This document shows positions 1-9,486 of a stretch of DNA of 35,378 nucleotides, one piece after another. Both the position numbers and the translations under genes were made by a program. Origin of the DNA: an uncultured archaeon (GTDB taxonomy: Archaea; Asgardarchaeota; Lokiarchaeia; Sigyniarchaeales; SOKP01); contig CAZWEM010000042.1 of the NCBI GenBank assembly GCA_964632315.1, positions 1,389-36,766 on the forward strand, written 5' to 3'. The notes beneath the pieces were generated by a model. It was given only the letters and a program-made list of their open reading frames with translations, made no database searches and was not told where the DNA came from. The stretch's first letter is position 1, and every line of letters begins with the position of its first letter.

Positions 1-18
1 ATCTCCTTCATAAAATAT

Positions 19-357
19 TTATAAATCCATAAACACTTCAAGTCTCTGAATTGCATTCATATCACCAGTAACAATCAAATCACCTTCCATGTAGGCTTCC
101 ATTGGATCGACTTCTCCATTAGCAATCCCAACGAATAAATCTGAGTTTGTTTCTAAGCTCATTTCAGCATTCTTATCAATTCCTTCTTCTAAATGAGCCT
201 TCTTGTCCTTAAATATCATTTTCAAATTATATTGGATATCTGAAAACTTGAATTGCATCGTTTTATTAAAATCTTCAAATTCTTCAGCGATTTCGGGGTC
301 TTCCATCTTATTTATCCAATTATTCAGAGCATTCTTTACCTCTTCTTTAGACGCCAA
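19..357 (-). CDS. SCP2 sterol/lipid-binding domain protein
   Basis: 112 aa, TTG start; C-terminal motif 'FVGIANGEVDPMEAYMEGDLIVTGDM' matches the SCP2 family pattern (G.ldp..Afm.Gkl.i.Gd). Confidence 0.85.
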   Translation of the reverse strand: MASKEEVKNALNNWINKMEDPEIAEEFEDFNKTMQFKFSDIQYNLKMIFKDKKAHLEEGIDKNAEMSLETNSDLFVGIANGEVDPMEAYMEGDLIVTGDMNAIQRLEVFMDL

Positions 358-435
358 TTTATTTCACTTCTTTTAAAAATAATTCATAATTAATACTTAA
401 AGTTCTGCTTCAAATCTTATAAAAGTTCATAAAAT

Positions 436-1215
436 TCAAGAGGTTTCATGAAAAAATCCTAAAGGGTACTTTGCCTTAAACCAAGGCCAACTTGCGAACC
501 AATGACTAAGGATCTTAATGAGATAAGAAATTTTATTTTTTTGTGGTGTATCATAAGAAAAGTAGACTCTCCGGTATTTTTCTGCATATTTATGTCCTTT
601 TACATGTAATCCCGCAAGTCTAATAGTGATTTTATACAAAATTTTAGCTTTATTTAAAAGCCAGAATTGAGTTTTATGACAATGAAGGAGATCATCTACA
701 AGTGGTAAATCCTTCTTATCAAAACCAAAATATCTATTCGGTGAAAGGGTTGAATAAAAAAATAATTTTGGAAATGTGCTTAACATTTTTTTATGGATGA
801 TATAATATAACGCTTTACCCGTATTTACATGATCAGCATGATAATATGAAGTGTAATATGCTTCAGGTGCAAATATAATGTCTGGTTTTTCTTTTTCAAG
901 ATAACTTAAAATAGATTTAATGAATTCATTATTAAACTTTACACATCCATCCAAATATCCAAAAAAATAAATTTGTTCTTTCTTAATGTTGTGAAAGCTC
1001 ATTGCACTCAGTAATTCTTTAGTTCTTACATTTGCTAATAACTCTCCCTTAAATTTATCATAGATATATCCTGGTAAACCAAATTCTCCCTTAGTTATAG
1101 CTGCAATTTTAATGCTAAATTTTTGATTACATTTAATTGCTAAATGGTGAATTAATTGAGCACACTTTAATTCTAAGTCATCTGGATGGGGTTGAAAAAA
1201 TATTATTTTTCTCAA
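436..1215 (-). CDS. PIG-L/LmbE family N-acetyl-sugar deacetylase
   Basis: Zn motif PHPDD near the N-terminus, TKGE.G, RTKE and HADH (HxDH); TTG start. Confidence 0.88.
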   Translation of the reverse strand: MRKIIFFQPHPDDLELKCAQLIHHLAIKCNQKFSIKIAAITKGEFGLPGYIYDKFKGELLANVRTKELLSAMSFHNIKKEQIYFFGYLDGCVKFNNEFIKSILSYLEKEKPDIIFAPEAYYTSYYHADHVNTGKALYYIIHKKMLSTFPKLFFYSTLSPNRYFGFDKKDLPLVDDLLHCHKTQFWLLNKAKILYKITIRLAGLHVKGHKYAEKYRRVYFSYDTPQKNKISYLIKILSHWFASWPWFKAKYPLGFFHETS

Positions 1216-1224
1216 TGTATTTCA

Positions 1225-2112
1225 CTATGATATTTTTTCTAATTGAGCTTGTCGCTTTGCCAATAAGAAGGAACTCACCAATATGAAAATGATTCCAGAA
1301 ATTAAAAGGAGAATTGAGCTAATATTATTTATAGGGAGCATAAAAACAGAAATAAAGTAAAATGGAGGTACAATTTGTATAGGAACTTGTTGTATGGGTA
1401 TTAAATTGCTTGCTTGGCCTTCTATAAATGCCTTTTGGATGGAAGTTATTCCAAAAACATTCGTACATATTAAGATTATGACAGATAAAATAAATAGTAT
1501 AAGCTCAAGAACGCTTGCGCCACCTTGAAAGACAACAAGTATTATACCCATCAAAGGACTAACCCAAAAATTTGACAATGAAAATTGGAACCCAGAATAA
1601 ATCGCTAAGGATATTCCCTTAAACTGATTTTTAAGTTGAAGAAAGTAGAAAAAAAATGCGAATCCATAAAGTATTAACGTAAAAATAAGAATTCTTGAAA
1701 ACAATGATATACTTGAGAAATTTTCATTGGCTATATCAACTACCATGTTACTAAAACCTAATAGGGAAATTCCCAATATCATGATAATTATCCCGATAAT
1801 CTCAGCAGTGTTTAATTTTTCACCAACAATTCTTACAGCACCTATCGCAAGAACAATCAATCCTGCTGCCATTAATCCAGGAATTAGAGTAGGTCCAATG
1901 TAAATTTGAGCAATCATAAAAAAAACTGCTCCAACTCCATTTTGTAACAGTAATCCTAATAACCAAACTGGATTCTTGACTAGATTTTTGAAAAATTTAT
2001 CAGCATCACGAAATCTATTTACTACTTTTTTTTGTAAAACTGTGCCATAGTTATTAGAGACTCCTGAAAGAATCGCCAATGTTACACCGAACCAATATAA
2101 AATTTGATCCAT
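1225..2112 (-). CDS. DMT superfamily membrane transporter (NIPA/EamA-like)
   Basis: About 9 hydrophobic segments; N-terminal 'G.VLQK', 'NPVWLLGLLL' and 'GEKLN..EIIGI' typical of NIPA-like DMT proteins. Confidence 0.75.
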   Translation of the reverse strand: MDQILYWFGVTLAILSGVSNNYGTVLQKKVVNRFRDADKFFKNLVKNPVWLLGLLLQNGVGAVFFMIAQIYIGPTLIPGLMAAGLIVLAIGAVRIVGEKLNTAEIIGIIIMILGISLLGFSNMVVDIANENFSSISLFSRILIFTLILYGFAFFFYFLQLKNQFKGISLAIYSGFQFSLSNFWVSPLMGIILVVFQGGASVLELILFILSVIILICTNVFGITSIQKAFIEGQASNLIPIQQVPIQIVPPFYFISVFMLPINNISSILLLISGIIFILVSSFLLAKRQAQLEKIS

Positions 2113-2335
2113 GATTATCAGCCGCTACTAGTAAGTAGATCCTTTTTGAATTTAAAGATTAATTCGATCCTTCAATAAACAAAATAATTATATAATTTCA
2201 AGTCCGAAAAAATAATTAAAAATATTATAAAAAGGATTTCACGCAAAGCTTTACGTTGATCCGTTTAAAGAAAATTTTTTGAATAACAACAAAAATTGAT
2301 TGAATTGCACTTACAACCGAAGGAGAAAATAAATT

Positions 2336-2346
2336 AAAAAAAAATT
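2336..2346 (-). terminator. T-tract terminator after the GH172 gene
   Basis: A9 run on + (T9 on -) just after the stop at 2347-2349. Confidence 0.45.
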
Positions 2347-3414
2347 TTATGTTTCTTTAGGTTCTTCTCTAGGGATTCTTTGTTCCACATTTGGTAAATC
2401 TCTCATTTTTTTATGAGGCTCTAGTTGGTACCAATAAGCAGTACTCGAAAAATCATCAGAACGCTGATTAGCATGGCCATGTTCTATCTTAACTCTTATG
2501 TTCTTGTGAAAGTATATTGGATCCTCTATGTGATAACGATAATATGAGATCTTGCCACTCCAATTATCACCCCCGGGTAAAGTTATGCCAAAGTAGGGTG
2601 AACAATAATACTGGTTGGGGCACCAAGCTCCACAGAAGTAGTCTTCAGTACCTGTTCCATATAAAATGGTTTCACTGTTATCAATCTCTATGTAATCATC
2701 CCCTTCTCCAGGCCAAAATGAATCTTTATTTTTCGGATTGTTCTCAGGAGTCATTAAGTTATGAATATCAAGGTGACAACCTACAAAATGACCTTCTCCT
2801 TCTGCTTCTAAAATCAAATAATCAGATAAATGATCCACGTTTTTTCTAATAAAAAGCTCACTTTTTTTATTCCCATATTCATTTCCTTTACATGGATTTT
2901 CTCTATTCCAGAATGCATGAAATCTGCCATAATCTTCATCGAGAGCATCATATTCTTCATAATCAATGTAGAAATAAGTAACTACACTATTATCGCTTTC
3001 ATTTTCTACCTCAATCCTTGCTTGTTTAGAAAATGGCATTGGCAAGAAACAATTAAATCCTTTACCATCTTTTGGTCCACAAGCAAATGGTATACTCCAA
3101 AAGTTCACTGTCTTTCCATGGCCCACGCCAAAGAAATCCCCTATAGGTACTTCAACTGAAGAATTAGGTTCTTCATCCCACCACATTCTTATAACAATTT
3201 TTCTGAGATAAAAAGGATCGGATGAAGCTAAAGTCATCCATATGTGCTTAATAATACCTGCTCCTTCAATATTACAAATTTTATACTTGCTATGAGGAGC
3301 AATAAGAACATTATCCATATTTGCGCCAGTTCTATCGTAGCTTGAAATACGTTTCCTCTTTATATTTTTCTTGATTTTAGCCAAATTTGTTAAAGAATTG
3401 AATCCAAGTTCCAT
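2347..3414 (-). CDS. Glycoside hydrolase family 172 (DUF2961) protein
   Basis: SSYDRTG.N.D, G.G.I.HIWMT, P.GDFFG.G, W.GEGD, GTGTEDYF, YR.H..DPI.F and IEHGHAN are DUF2961/GH172 hallmarks; AGGAGG SD upstream. Confidence 0.92.
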   Translation of the reverse strand: MELGFNSLTNLAKIKKNIKRKRISSYDRTGANMDNVLIAPHSKYKICNIEGAGIIKHIWMTLASSDPFYLRKIVIRMWWDEEPNSSVEVPIGDFFGVGHGKTVNFWSIPFACGPKDGKGFNCFLPMPFSKQARIEVENESDNSVVTYFYIDYEEYDALDEDYGRFHAFWNRENPCKGNEYGNKKSELFIRKNVDHLSDYLILEAEGEGHFVGCHLDIHNLMTPENNPKNKDSFWPGEGDDYIEIDNSETILYGTGTEDYFCGAWCPNQYYCSPYFGITLPGGDNWSGKISYYRYHIEDPIYFHKNIRVKIEHGHANQRSDDFSSTAYWYQLEPHKKMRDLPNVEQRIPREEPKET

Positions 3415-3543
3415 TTTAATATCCTCCTATTTAATTTTACCTTGTCAACAGCTAAAATTAAAGTAGAAAACCTTTGGAAAAATAAATTTATATTGGTTTC
3501 CGAATTTCCATAATAAAAATGGATAGTACCAGAGGGGAGTATT

Positions 3544-4749
3544 ATTTCTTCAAATAAAAGGTTCGAAGGGCACGTTAGAAACCTATTATTTGTAGTTTTA
3601 ATGTCAACAACCTTCAGAAGCATGGGCATGAGCATTGTTGAAATAGGATTACCTTCGTTCGTGATTAGTCTTGCTGGATCTCTCACATCCTATGGAATAA
3701 TTATTGGGATTTTTTCAGTAACTCAATGTATCTTCCAATTTCCATATGCTGCCGCTTCTGATAAATTCGGTCGACGTAAGGTCGTGCTTATAGGAATGAT
3801 AATTTATATATTAGGTACATTCTCATGTTTTTTTGCTCAAAATATCCTACAACTCATAATTTTTAGAGCCATTCAAGGGGCAGGAGCCTATACATCAATA
3901 CTGCAAGCAGTAATTGGGGATATTTACACTAAGGATCAACATGGAAAAGGAATGGGCTATTATTCATTATCCATGAATATTGGATATTTTCTTGGAATTA
4001 TTTTAGGTGGATTTATCGCGAATTATTTAGGATTTCGTAATATTTTCTCTATTAATGGATTTTTAATATGTATTAGTTTAGTTCTAATGTATTTTGCTTT
4101 GAAGAATAATACAAAACAAGCAAATGATACCGATACCGATAATAAAATGGAATTTAACATAGGAAATATAAAAATTCTTCTAAGAGAACAACCATTTAAA
4201 GTTTCTGTAATTTTGAATTGTGTAAGATGGTTCTTATTTGGTTTCATTACCGCATATCTTATTTGGGTCTTACAAGTCCAATTTTATTTAAATGAAATTG
4301 AGACTAGTTATGTTCTATTGCTAATTGTTGCTTTATACGTCAGTTTTGTTTTTATTTCAGGGCTTTTACTTGATCGTGAGGGTCCAAGGAAGATGATGAT
4401 GATTGGACAATCGATCGTGATAATATTTGGGATGTTATTTTTTATTCCAAATTTACTTTATGACCTTTTTCTCTTCATAATTGTCGTTTCTTTCATTGGG
4501 ATAGGAATTGCTTTATTTGATCCGGCAGGGAATACACTTTTATTGGAAGTAATTGAAGATATTCAACCTAGTCTGAAGGGTACTGGGATTGGATTTAATA
4601 ATGCAATCGGATTTTTTTGCGGTGCGGTTGCACCAATTATTATGAGCCCTTTAGGAGAAATCCAAGTGTTTATCCCATTCTATGCATTATTTGGATTAAT
4701 GGTGTTTTCACTTATCGTAACCTCTCGTTTTGTGAATAAAAAATATTAA
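3544..4749 (+). CDS. MFS transporter (DHA1-like); the start probably lies upstream of the tracked ATG at 3601, at ATT 3541/3544
   Basis: MFS motif A 'ASDKFGRRKV', 'RAIQGAG', second motif 'GLLLDREGPRK', 12 TMs; frame is open back to the TAA at 3514 and adds 'RNLLFVVL', the first half of TM1. Confidence 0.85.
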   Translation: MSSNKRFEGHVRNLLFVVLMSTTFRSMGMSIVEIGLPSFVISLAGSLTSYGIIIGIFSVTQCIFQFPYAAASDKFGRRKVVLIGMIIYILGTFSCFFAQNILQLIIFRAIQGAGAYTSILQAVIGDIYTKDQHGKGMGYYSLSMNIGYFLGIILGGFIANYLGFRNIFSINGFLICISLVLMYFALKNNTKQANDTDTDNKMEFNIGNIKILLREQPFKVSVILNCVRWFLFGFITAYLIWVLQVQFYLNEIETSYVLLLIVALYVSFVFISGLLLDREGPRKMMMIGQSIVIIFGMLFFIPNLLYDLFLFIIVVSFIGIGIALFDPAGNTLLLEVIEDIQPSLKGTGIGFNNAIGFFCGAVAPIIMSPLGEIQVFIPFYALFGLMVFSLIVTSRFVNKKY

Positions 4750-4849
4750 ATTTTAGTGTTCATCGAATTCAATAGAAAAATTTTCATTAAATTGAAAATT
4801 TAATAACAAGAAATTAGATACTTATAAATTTACATTGATATGATTTAGT

Positions 4850-6328
4850 ATGACAGAAAAACCAAATTTCCTAATAATTATGCCAGATCAGCATAGACAT
4901 GATATTTTAGGCTGTGCTGGAAAACAAGTTAAAACACCCCATTTAGATCGTTTAGCTTCTGAAGGAGTACGATTTGTGAATACTTTTACACAATCTCCAT
5001 TATGTGTACCTGCGAGAGCATCATTTCAAACGGGAAAATATGTACATGAAACACATTGTAGCACTAATAAGACTTTCATTCATGAAAATTGCCCTGAATG
5101 GATAAATGATACCTTTCTAAATATCCTGCAAAGATATGGATATTATAACGTCGATATGGGAAAAATGCATCTTATTGCTCATCAAGATAATTATGATGCA
5201 ACAAGAAGGGTGGGTGATCAAAATCCCAAAATAATTGATCATGTAAAGTATTATAATTCAAAATTAAAAGAATTAGGATTTGATGAGGTTGAGACTGTGT
5301 GTGGGAAGATGGAATCAACTAGAGTCGGGTCAATTTATACTGATAAATTAAAGGAGAAGGATCTATTAGATACATATCAAAGATGGTTAAGAAAATACCC
5401 GATAATCAATGCAGAGCCTATACCACTTCCGAGAGAATATTATATTGACTATTTTGTAGGTGATTTAGCAACAAATTGGCTTAAGAGATATATAAAAAAA
5501 CCAGAGAATAATAAACCCTTCTGTCTCTTTGTAGGCTTTCCTGGACCCCATGATCCATTTGATTGTATAGAAGAATATACAAAACTATACGATCCCGATA
5601 CCATCGAAGTAAAGGATGAGGAAATGAGAAGACCAGATAGACCAATTCCTCCTTATAGTTTAGTTTCCAAGGGGGTTAGTCGAAGCAATAAGGTTACTAA
5701 AGAATTTATACAAGATTGTAGAGCTAAATACTATGGCAACGTGACTCTAATCGATGAAAAAGTTGGTGAATTAGTTAAAGTATTGGAAGATAATGATCTT
5801 TTGGATGATACATGGATAATTTACACAAGCGATCATGGTGAACAACTAGGAGGACATAAGTTGTTCATGAAATTTGTATTTTATCGTTCCTCTGTTCAAG
5901 TTCCTTTAATTATTCGACCTCCGAAAGGAATTGAAAGCCGAATTGTCGAACAAGATGTGGAATTGATAGATATACCTGCTACTTTACTTGATATTGTTGG
6001 TATAGATATACCTGAAAGCCATCGTGGAAAATCGTTTCTTCCCTTGATATTTGATAAAAATACTAAATATTACCAGCATAAAGAATTGTGCATCAGTCAA
6101 GTATTTAACTATATTATGGGAGTAAATAAAGAATGGAAATTTGTTTTTAACATATCAAATGGAAAACTCTTAGAATTATATAATAGGAGCGAGGATTTTT
6201 ACGAAAATCATAATCTTGCCAATGAAGAGGAAGGAAAAAGAACTGGAAAGTACTTGCTCGATAAATATTTTAATCATATTATACCTAATTCTGAGTTTAA
6301 ACCAGTTGATATTCTAAAAAGCCTTTAA
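4850..6328 (+). CDS. Formylglycine-dependent (S1) sulfatase, choline-sulfatase-like
   Basis: KPNFLIIMPDQHR, CVPARASF.TG (CxPxR), GKMH, PHDPF, TSDHGE.LG.H. Confidence 0.93.
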   Translation: MTEKPNFLIIMPDQHRHDILGCAGKQVKTPHLDRLASEGVRFVNTFTQSPLCVPARASFQTGKYVHETHCSTNKTFIHENCPEWINDTFLNILQRYGYYNVDMGKMHLIAHQDNYDATRRVGDQNPKIIDHVKYYNSKLKELGFDEVETVCGKMESTRVGSIYTDKLKEKDLLDTYQRWLRKYPIINAEPIPLPREYYIDYFVGDLATNWLKRYIKKPENNKPFCLFVGFPGPHDPFDCIEEYTKLYDPDTIEVKDEEMRRPDRPIPPYSLVSKGVSRSNKVTKEFIQDCRAKYYGNVTLIDEKVGELVKVLEDNDLLDDTWIIYTSDHGEQLGGHKLFMKFVFYRSSVQVPLIIRPPKGIESRIVEQDVELIDIPATLLDIVGIDIPESHRGKSFLPLIFDKNTKYYQHKELCISQVFNYIMGVNKEWKFVFNISNGKLLELYNRSEDFYENHNLANEEEGKRTGKYLLDKYFNHIIPNSEFKPVDILKSL

Positions 6329-6343
6329 ATTTCTTAGCTATCT

Positions 6344-6763
6344 TTAAGATTCTCCTTGCAATTGTACATACACTTTTCTATTCCGAGGACCATCGAATTC
6401 AGTGAAATAACATCCTTGCCAAGTTCCTAACATTAACCTCCCCTTATGTACAAGTATTTCTATTGAAGTACCCATAAATGAAGATTTTAGATGAGCATCT
6501 GAATTTCCCTCGCCGTGGCGAAAATTATAGCCAAATCCACCTTCCTGAGGAACTAATTTATTTAGATAAGTTATTATATCTTTTTGAACTGAAGGATCAG
6601 CATTTTCATTAATGGTGATCCCTGCTGTGGTATGAGGAATGAATACTCTGCATGTTCCCTCATTAATTTGAGATTTCCGAACAATTTGTTGTAATTGAGA
6701 AGTAATATCGATTAAAATTTCTCTTTCTCGAGTTTTAATTTTGAATTCGTTAAATTCTATCAT
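6344..6763 (-). CDS. yjbQ: YjbQ/UPF0047 family protein (secondary thiamine-phosphate synthase)
   Basis: PHTTAGITINENADPSV, GNSDAH, LGTWQG, EFDGPR. Confidence 0.95.
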   Translation of the reverse strand: MIEFNEFKIKTREREILIDITSQLQQIVRKSQINEGTCRVFIPHTTAGITINENADPSVQKDIITYLNKLVPQEGGFGYNFRHGEGNSDAHLKSSFMGTSIEILVHKGRLMLGTWQGCYFTEFDGPRNRKVYVQLQGES

Positions 6764-6797
6764 AATGAGAATTAGGATAGATTAATTCAAATATCTT

Positions 6798-7559
6798 TCA
6801 GAATTCTCCATGCTTGCCTTTTCCCTTTGAAAAATCATCACTGCCTTCTAAATATTCACCACTTTCTAAGGTTTTCATTCCATAGTGGAATTCATTTTTC
6901 ATTGCATCAGGAATAGTTAATCCAAATTGAGAGTAGGCTGAAAGTCTGTCATTTCGCATGCATATTTTGGGAAATTGAGCTATTTCTAAAGCAAGTTTCT
7001 CCGCTTCTTCCCTTGAAGTTCCATCTTCGACAATTCTATTTGCTAAACCGAATTCTAAGGCTTCTTGGGCGTTAACAGGACGCCCTGTTAAAATCATATC
7101 TAACGCACAACTTAATCCTATTAAACGGGGTAATCTTACTGTGCCTCCGTCAATCAAAGGAACCCCAAAACGCCGACAGAATACTCCAAAGATTGCGCTT
7201 TTTTCAACCACTCTTAAATCACACCATATAGCTAATTCTAGACCCCCAGCAACAGCATAACCCGAAACTGCAGCAATTACAGGTTTTGTTAATATCATTC
7301 GAGTGGGACCCATTGGCCCATCTCCTGACTCTTCTACTCTATTTCCTTTCCCATTAATTAATGCTTTGAGATTTGCACCTGAACAAAAATTACCATTTGC
7401 ACCCCATAATACAGCAACTAGCGCATCTTTATCTTGTTCAAATGATCTAAATGCATCTGCTAATTGTCTAGCTGATTCTGCATCCACTGCATTTCTTACA
7501 TCAGGATTATCTATAGTTATTGTATAAATAGGATAGTTAATCGCTATATCTATTGGCAT
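6798..7559 (-). CDS. Enoyl-CoA hydratase/isomerase (crotonase) family protein
   Basis: RNAV, FCSGANL, KPVIAAVSGYAVAGGLELA, FGVPLIDGGTVRLPRLIG. Confidence 0.93.
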   Translation of the reverse strand: MPIDIAINYPIYTITIDNPDVRNAVDAESARQLADAFRSFEQDKDALVAVLWGANGNFCSGANLKALINGKGNRVEESGDGPMGPTRMILTKPVIAAVSGYAVAGGLELAIWCDLRVVEKSAIFGVFCRRFGVPLIDGGTVRLPRLIGLSCALDMILTGRPVNAQEALEFGLANRIVEDGTSREEAEKLALEIAQFPKICMRNDRLSAYSQFGLTIPDAMKNEFHYGMKTLESGEYLEGSDDFSKGKGKHGEF

Positions 7560-7631
7560 ATGAAACCTAGAATTCTATAAAAATTAAATATAACTACAAG
7601 ATAAGTAAAAAATAATAATTTAATTATAATT

Positions 7632-8285
7632 TCATCCAGCTATTCCCTTCAATATTATATCAGTAGAATGGTGAAGATATTGTTCCTCTGTAATACCATA
7701 CATCTGCATCAATAAACGATTTACTGAAGAAATTTGTACTGAATTCTCAATAGCAGATCCTAAAAACATTACAGTCTGTATAATATCTAGTTCCTTTCTA
7801 AGTGTTCCATCTTTAATTCCAAGAGTTACTGCTTCAATCATAATTTCTAATAGTTCTCTGGTAAGTTTAATATATATCTCTGCATCATCTATCTTTAGGT
7901 TTTCAACTCTATTTTCAAGCATTCTTGTAAATCTATTAGATCTTGCCGTAACATTTAACCGATAGTTATCAGCGTTTACTCGGATATAATCAAAATAAGT
8001 TTGAATAATGGCTTTTAATTTGCCCAATCCAGTAGATTCTTTCTCTACTGCAGAATTAAAAGAATCTCTAAGTATTTTCATTCCTTTTATAACCACAGCA
8101 TAAAAAAGTGAAGGTTTATTACTAAAATAAGTATAAAGCGTTCCTTTTGAAAGTTCAGCGTTTCTTGCAATATCTTCCATTAGAACATCATCATATATCT
8201 TTTTAAAGAATTCCTTCTCTGCTGCTTTAACAATATCTTTCCGTCGTTGTAACTTTTCACGTTCCTTTCGTGTTAATTTAGAAAT
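7632..8285 (-). CDS. TetR/AcrR family transcriptional regulator (extended to ATT start, 217 aa)
   Basis: HTH 'MEDIARNAELSKGTLYTYF'; 35 in-frame codons upstream of the tracked ATG (ISKLTRKEREKLQRRKDIVKAAEKEFF...) supply the canonical TetR helix 1. Confidence 0.9.
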   Translation of the reverse strand: MSKLTRKEREKLQRRKDIVKAAEKEFFKKIYDDVLMEDIARNAELSKGTLYTYFSNKPSLFYAVVIKGMKILRDSFNSAVEKESTGLGKLKAIIQTYFDYIRVNADNYRLNVTARSNRFTRMLENRVENLKIDDAEIYIKLTRELLEIMIEAVTLGIKDGTLRKELDIIQTVMFLGSAIENSVQISSVNRLLMQMYGITEEQYLHHSTDIILKGIAG

Positions 8286-8288
8286 TTA

Positions 8289-9155
8289 TTACACCTCTGG
8301 TTCAATCATTTTTTGATTAACCATATCACTTACCAATGCATATGGATGGGGATATCTACCTTTTTCTGTTGTGAAGGATTTCATGTAGATTTGAGAATGG
8401 ATTTGAATTGATTGGTTGGGGCAAAAATTTAAGCAACTGTAACAAAAGTAGCAATCAACATCACTCTGCCAAGTAGGTATGCCATCAACCATCTTAATCT
8501 TTAAAGAAGGGCATACTTTTTCGCAAATCCCACAACCAGTACACTTTGAATCGATGTAAAAGTACTTTTTGACTCTTGTCGCATAATGTTGGAGCATAAA
8601 TGGGATTATTCGCTCCAATAGAAAATTAAGAATTCTAAATCGCGAAAAAGAAACTCCATTCACATCATCATGAAATTCTTCTTTGCTTAAAATTACGCTT
8701 TGAACAAAGGAAAGCTTGTGATCTACTGTTTCTTCGATTAAAGCCAATTCTTCTTCTGTGGGCATGTGAAAATCTTTCAATTTCGGATCATTCATCCCCA
8801 TATTAATTACAAAACTTGCATTTAATTTTTTGTTTTGATTTTTAAGTATTTTGTTGATATGTGAAAAACCTCGAAAAACTGATCCTCCACGGGTTACTAA
8901 TGCAAAAATATATTTAACATTAGTTAGGTCAAATCTTTCTAAAAATAATCGTACCGGAATCGGAATTGTTAAGCCATGACAAGGAAAGACTAATCCTATA
9001 ATCTCAGAATTTACTTTTATAATACTATTAGTTGTATTATTTCTTAGTAATTTGGTGATGGGGCATAATTTGGAGTTAGGGATTCTCTTTGTTAATTCTT
9101 TTGCTATAAAAAGAGAGTTTCCAGTTCCTGAAAAATAATAAATATTTGCTATCAT
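8289..9155 (-). CDS. EFR1-family flavodoxin-ferredoxin fusion protein
   Basis: N-terminal YYFSGTGNS flavodoxin loop; two 4Fe-4S motifs CTGCGICEKVCP and CYFCYSCLNFCP; terminal 'RYPHP'. Confidence 0.92.
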   Translation of the reverse strand: MIANIYYFSGTGNSLFIAKELTKRIPNSKLCPITKLLRNNTTNSIIKVNSEIIGLVFPCHGLTIPIPVRLFLERFDLTNVKYIFALVTRGGSVFRGFSHINKILKNQNKKLNASFVINMGMNDPKLKDFHMPTEEELALIEETVDHKLSFVQSVILSKEEFHDDVNGVSFSRFRILNFLLERIIPFMLQHYATRVKKYFYIDSKCTGCGICEKVCPSLKIKMVDGIPTWQSDVDCYFCYSCLNFCPNQSIQIHSQIYMKSFTTEKGRYPHPYALVSDMVNQKMIEPEV

Positions 9156-9197
9156 CTTGGTTTTCTATATTTCTGTATTTTAAGTTCAATAGACTAG

Positions 9198-9226
9198 TGG
9201 TCAATAATTGACCAGACGTCTGGTCA
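9198..9226. promoter_or_regulatory. Operator: overlapping palindromes TGGTCAATAATTGACCA (9198-9214) and perfect TGACCAGACGTCTGGTCA (9209-9226); probable TetR site
   Basis: Read directly from the sequence; lies between a minus-strand TATA-like box (~9231-9240) and the start of the EFR1-TetR operon. Confidence 0.75.
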
Positions 9227-9486
9227 TATTATTATATATTTTTTATGATATTTAAATGTGATGTACAAAGCGATTTTTGAATTTCATTTCCTTATTTTAA
9301 GTATATATTAAGTTAGATTTTCTTATCTGTTAATCTGAGAAATCTGCTAATGAGAGCTAAATTGATATAAATAATTAAAATTTCTAATCTAAAAATTATT
9401 TTTAGGTCAGTTTCAATATTATCGCGATAAATTGAGAAGATTTACTTTATATAACATCAATTCTAATTCATATTAGGTAATTTATT

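Noticed and set aside
1-11. Possible start of a further minus-strand gene (ATG AAG GAG AT...)
   Set aside because: Only 11 nt in the window; could equally be an SD (AAGGAG) for a gene outside it
2125-2138. CTACT-N4-AGTAG dyad before the DMT gene
   Set aside because: Only 5-bp arms; insufficient support
2517-3686. Short ORFs 2517..2849, 2830..3159 and 3390..3686
   Set aside because: Antisense or overlapping shadows of the well-supported GH172 and MFS genes, with no recognisable motifs
9389-9430. Palindromes CTAAAAATTATTTTTAG and TTATCGCGATAA upstream of the UroD-like gene
   Set aside because: Short or AT-only single copies that could arise by chance
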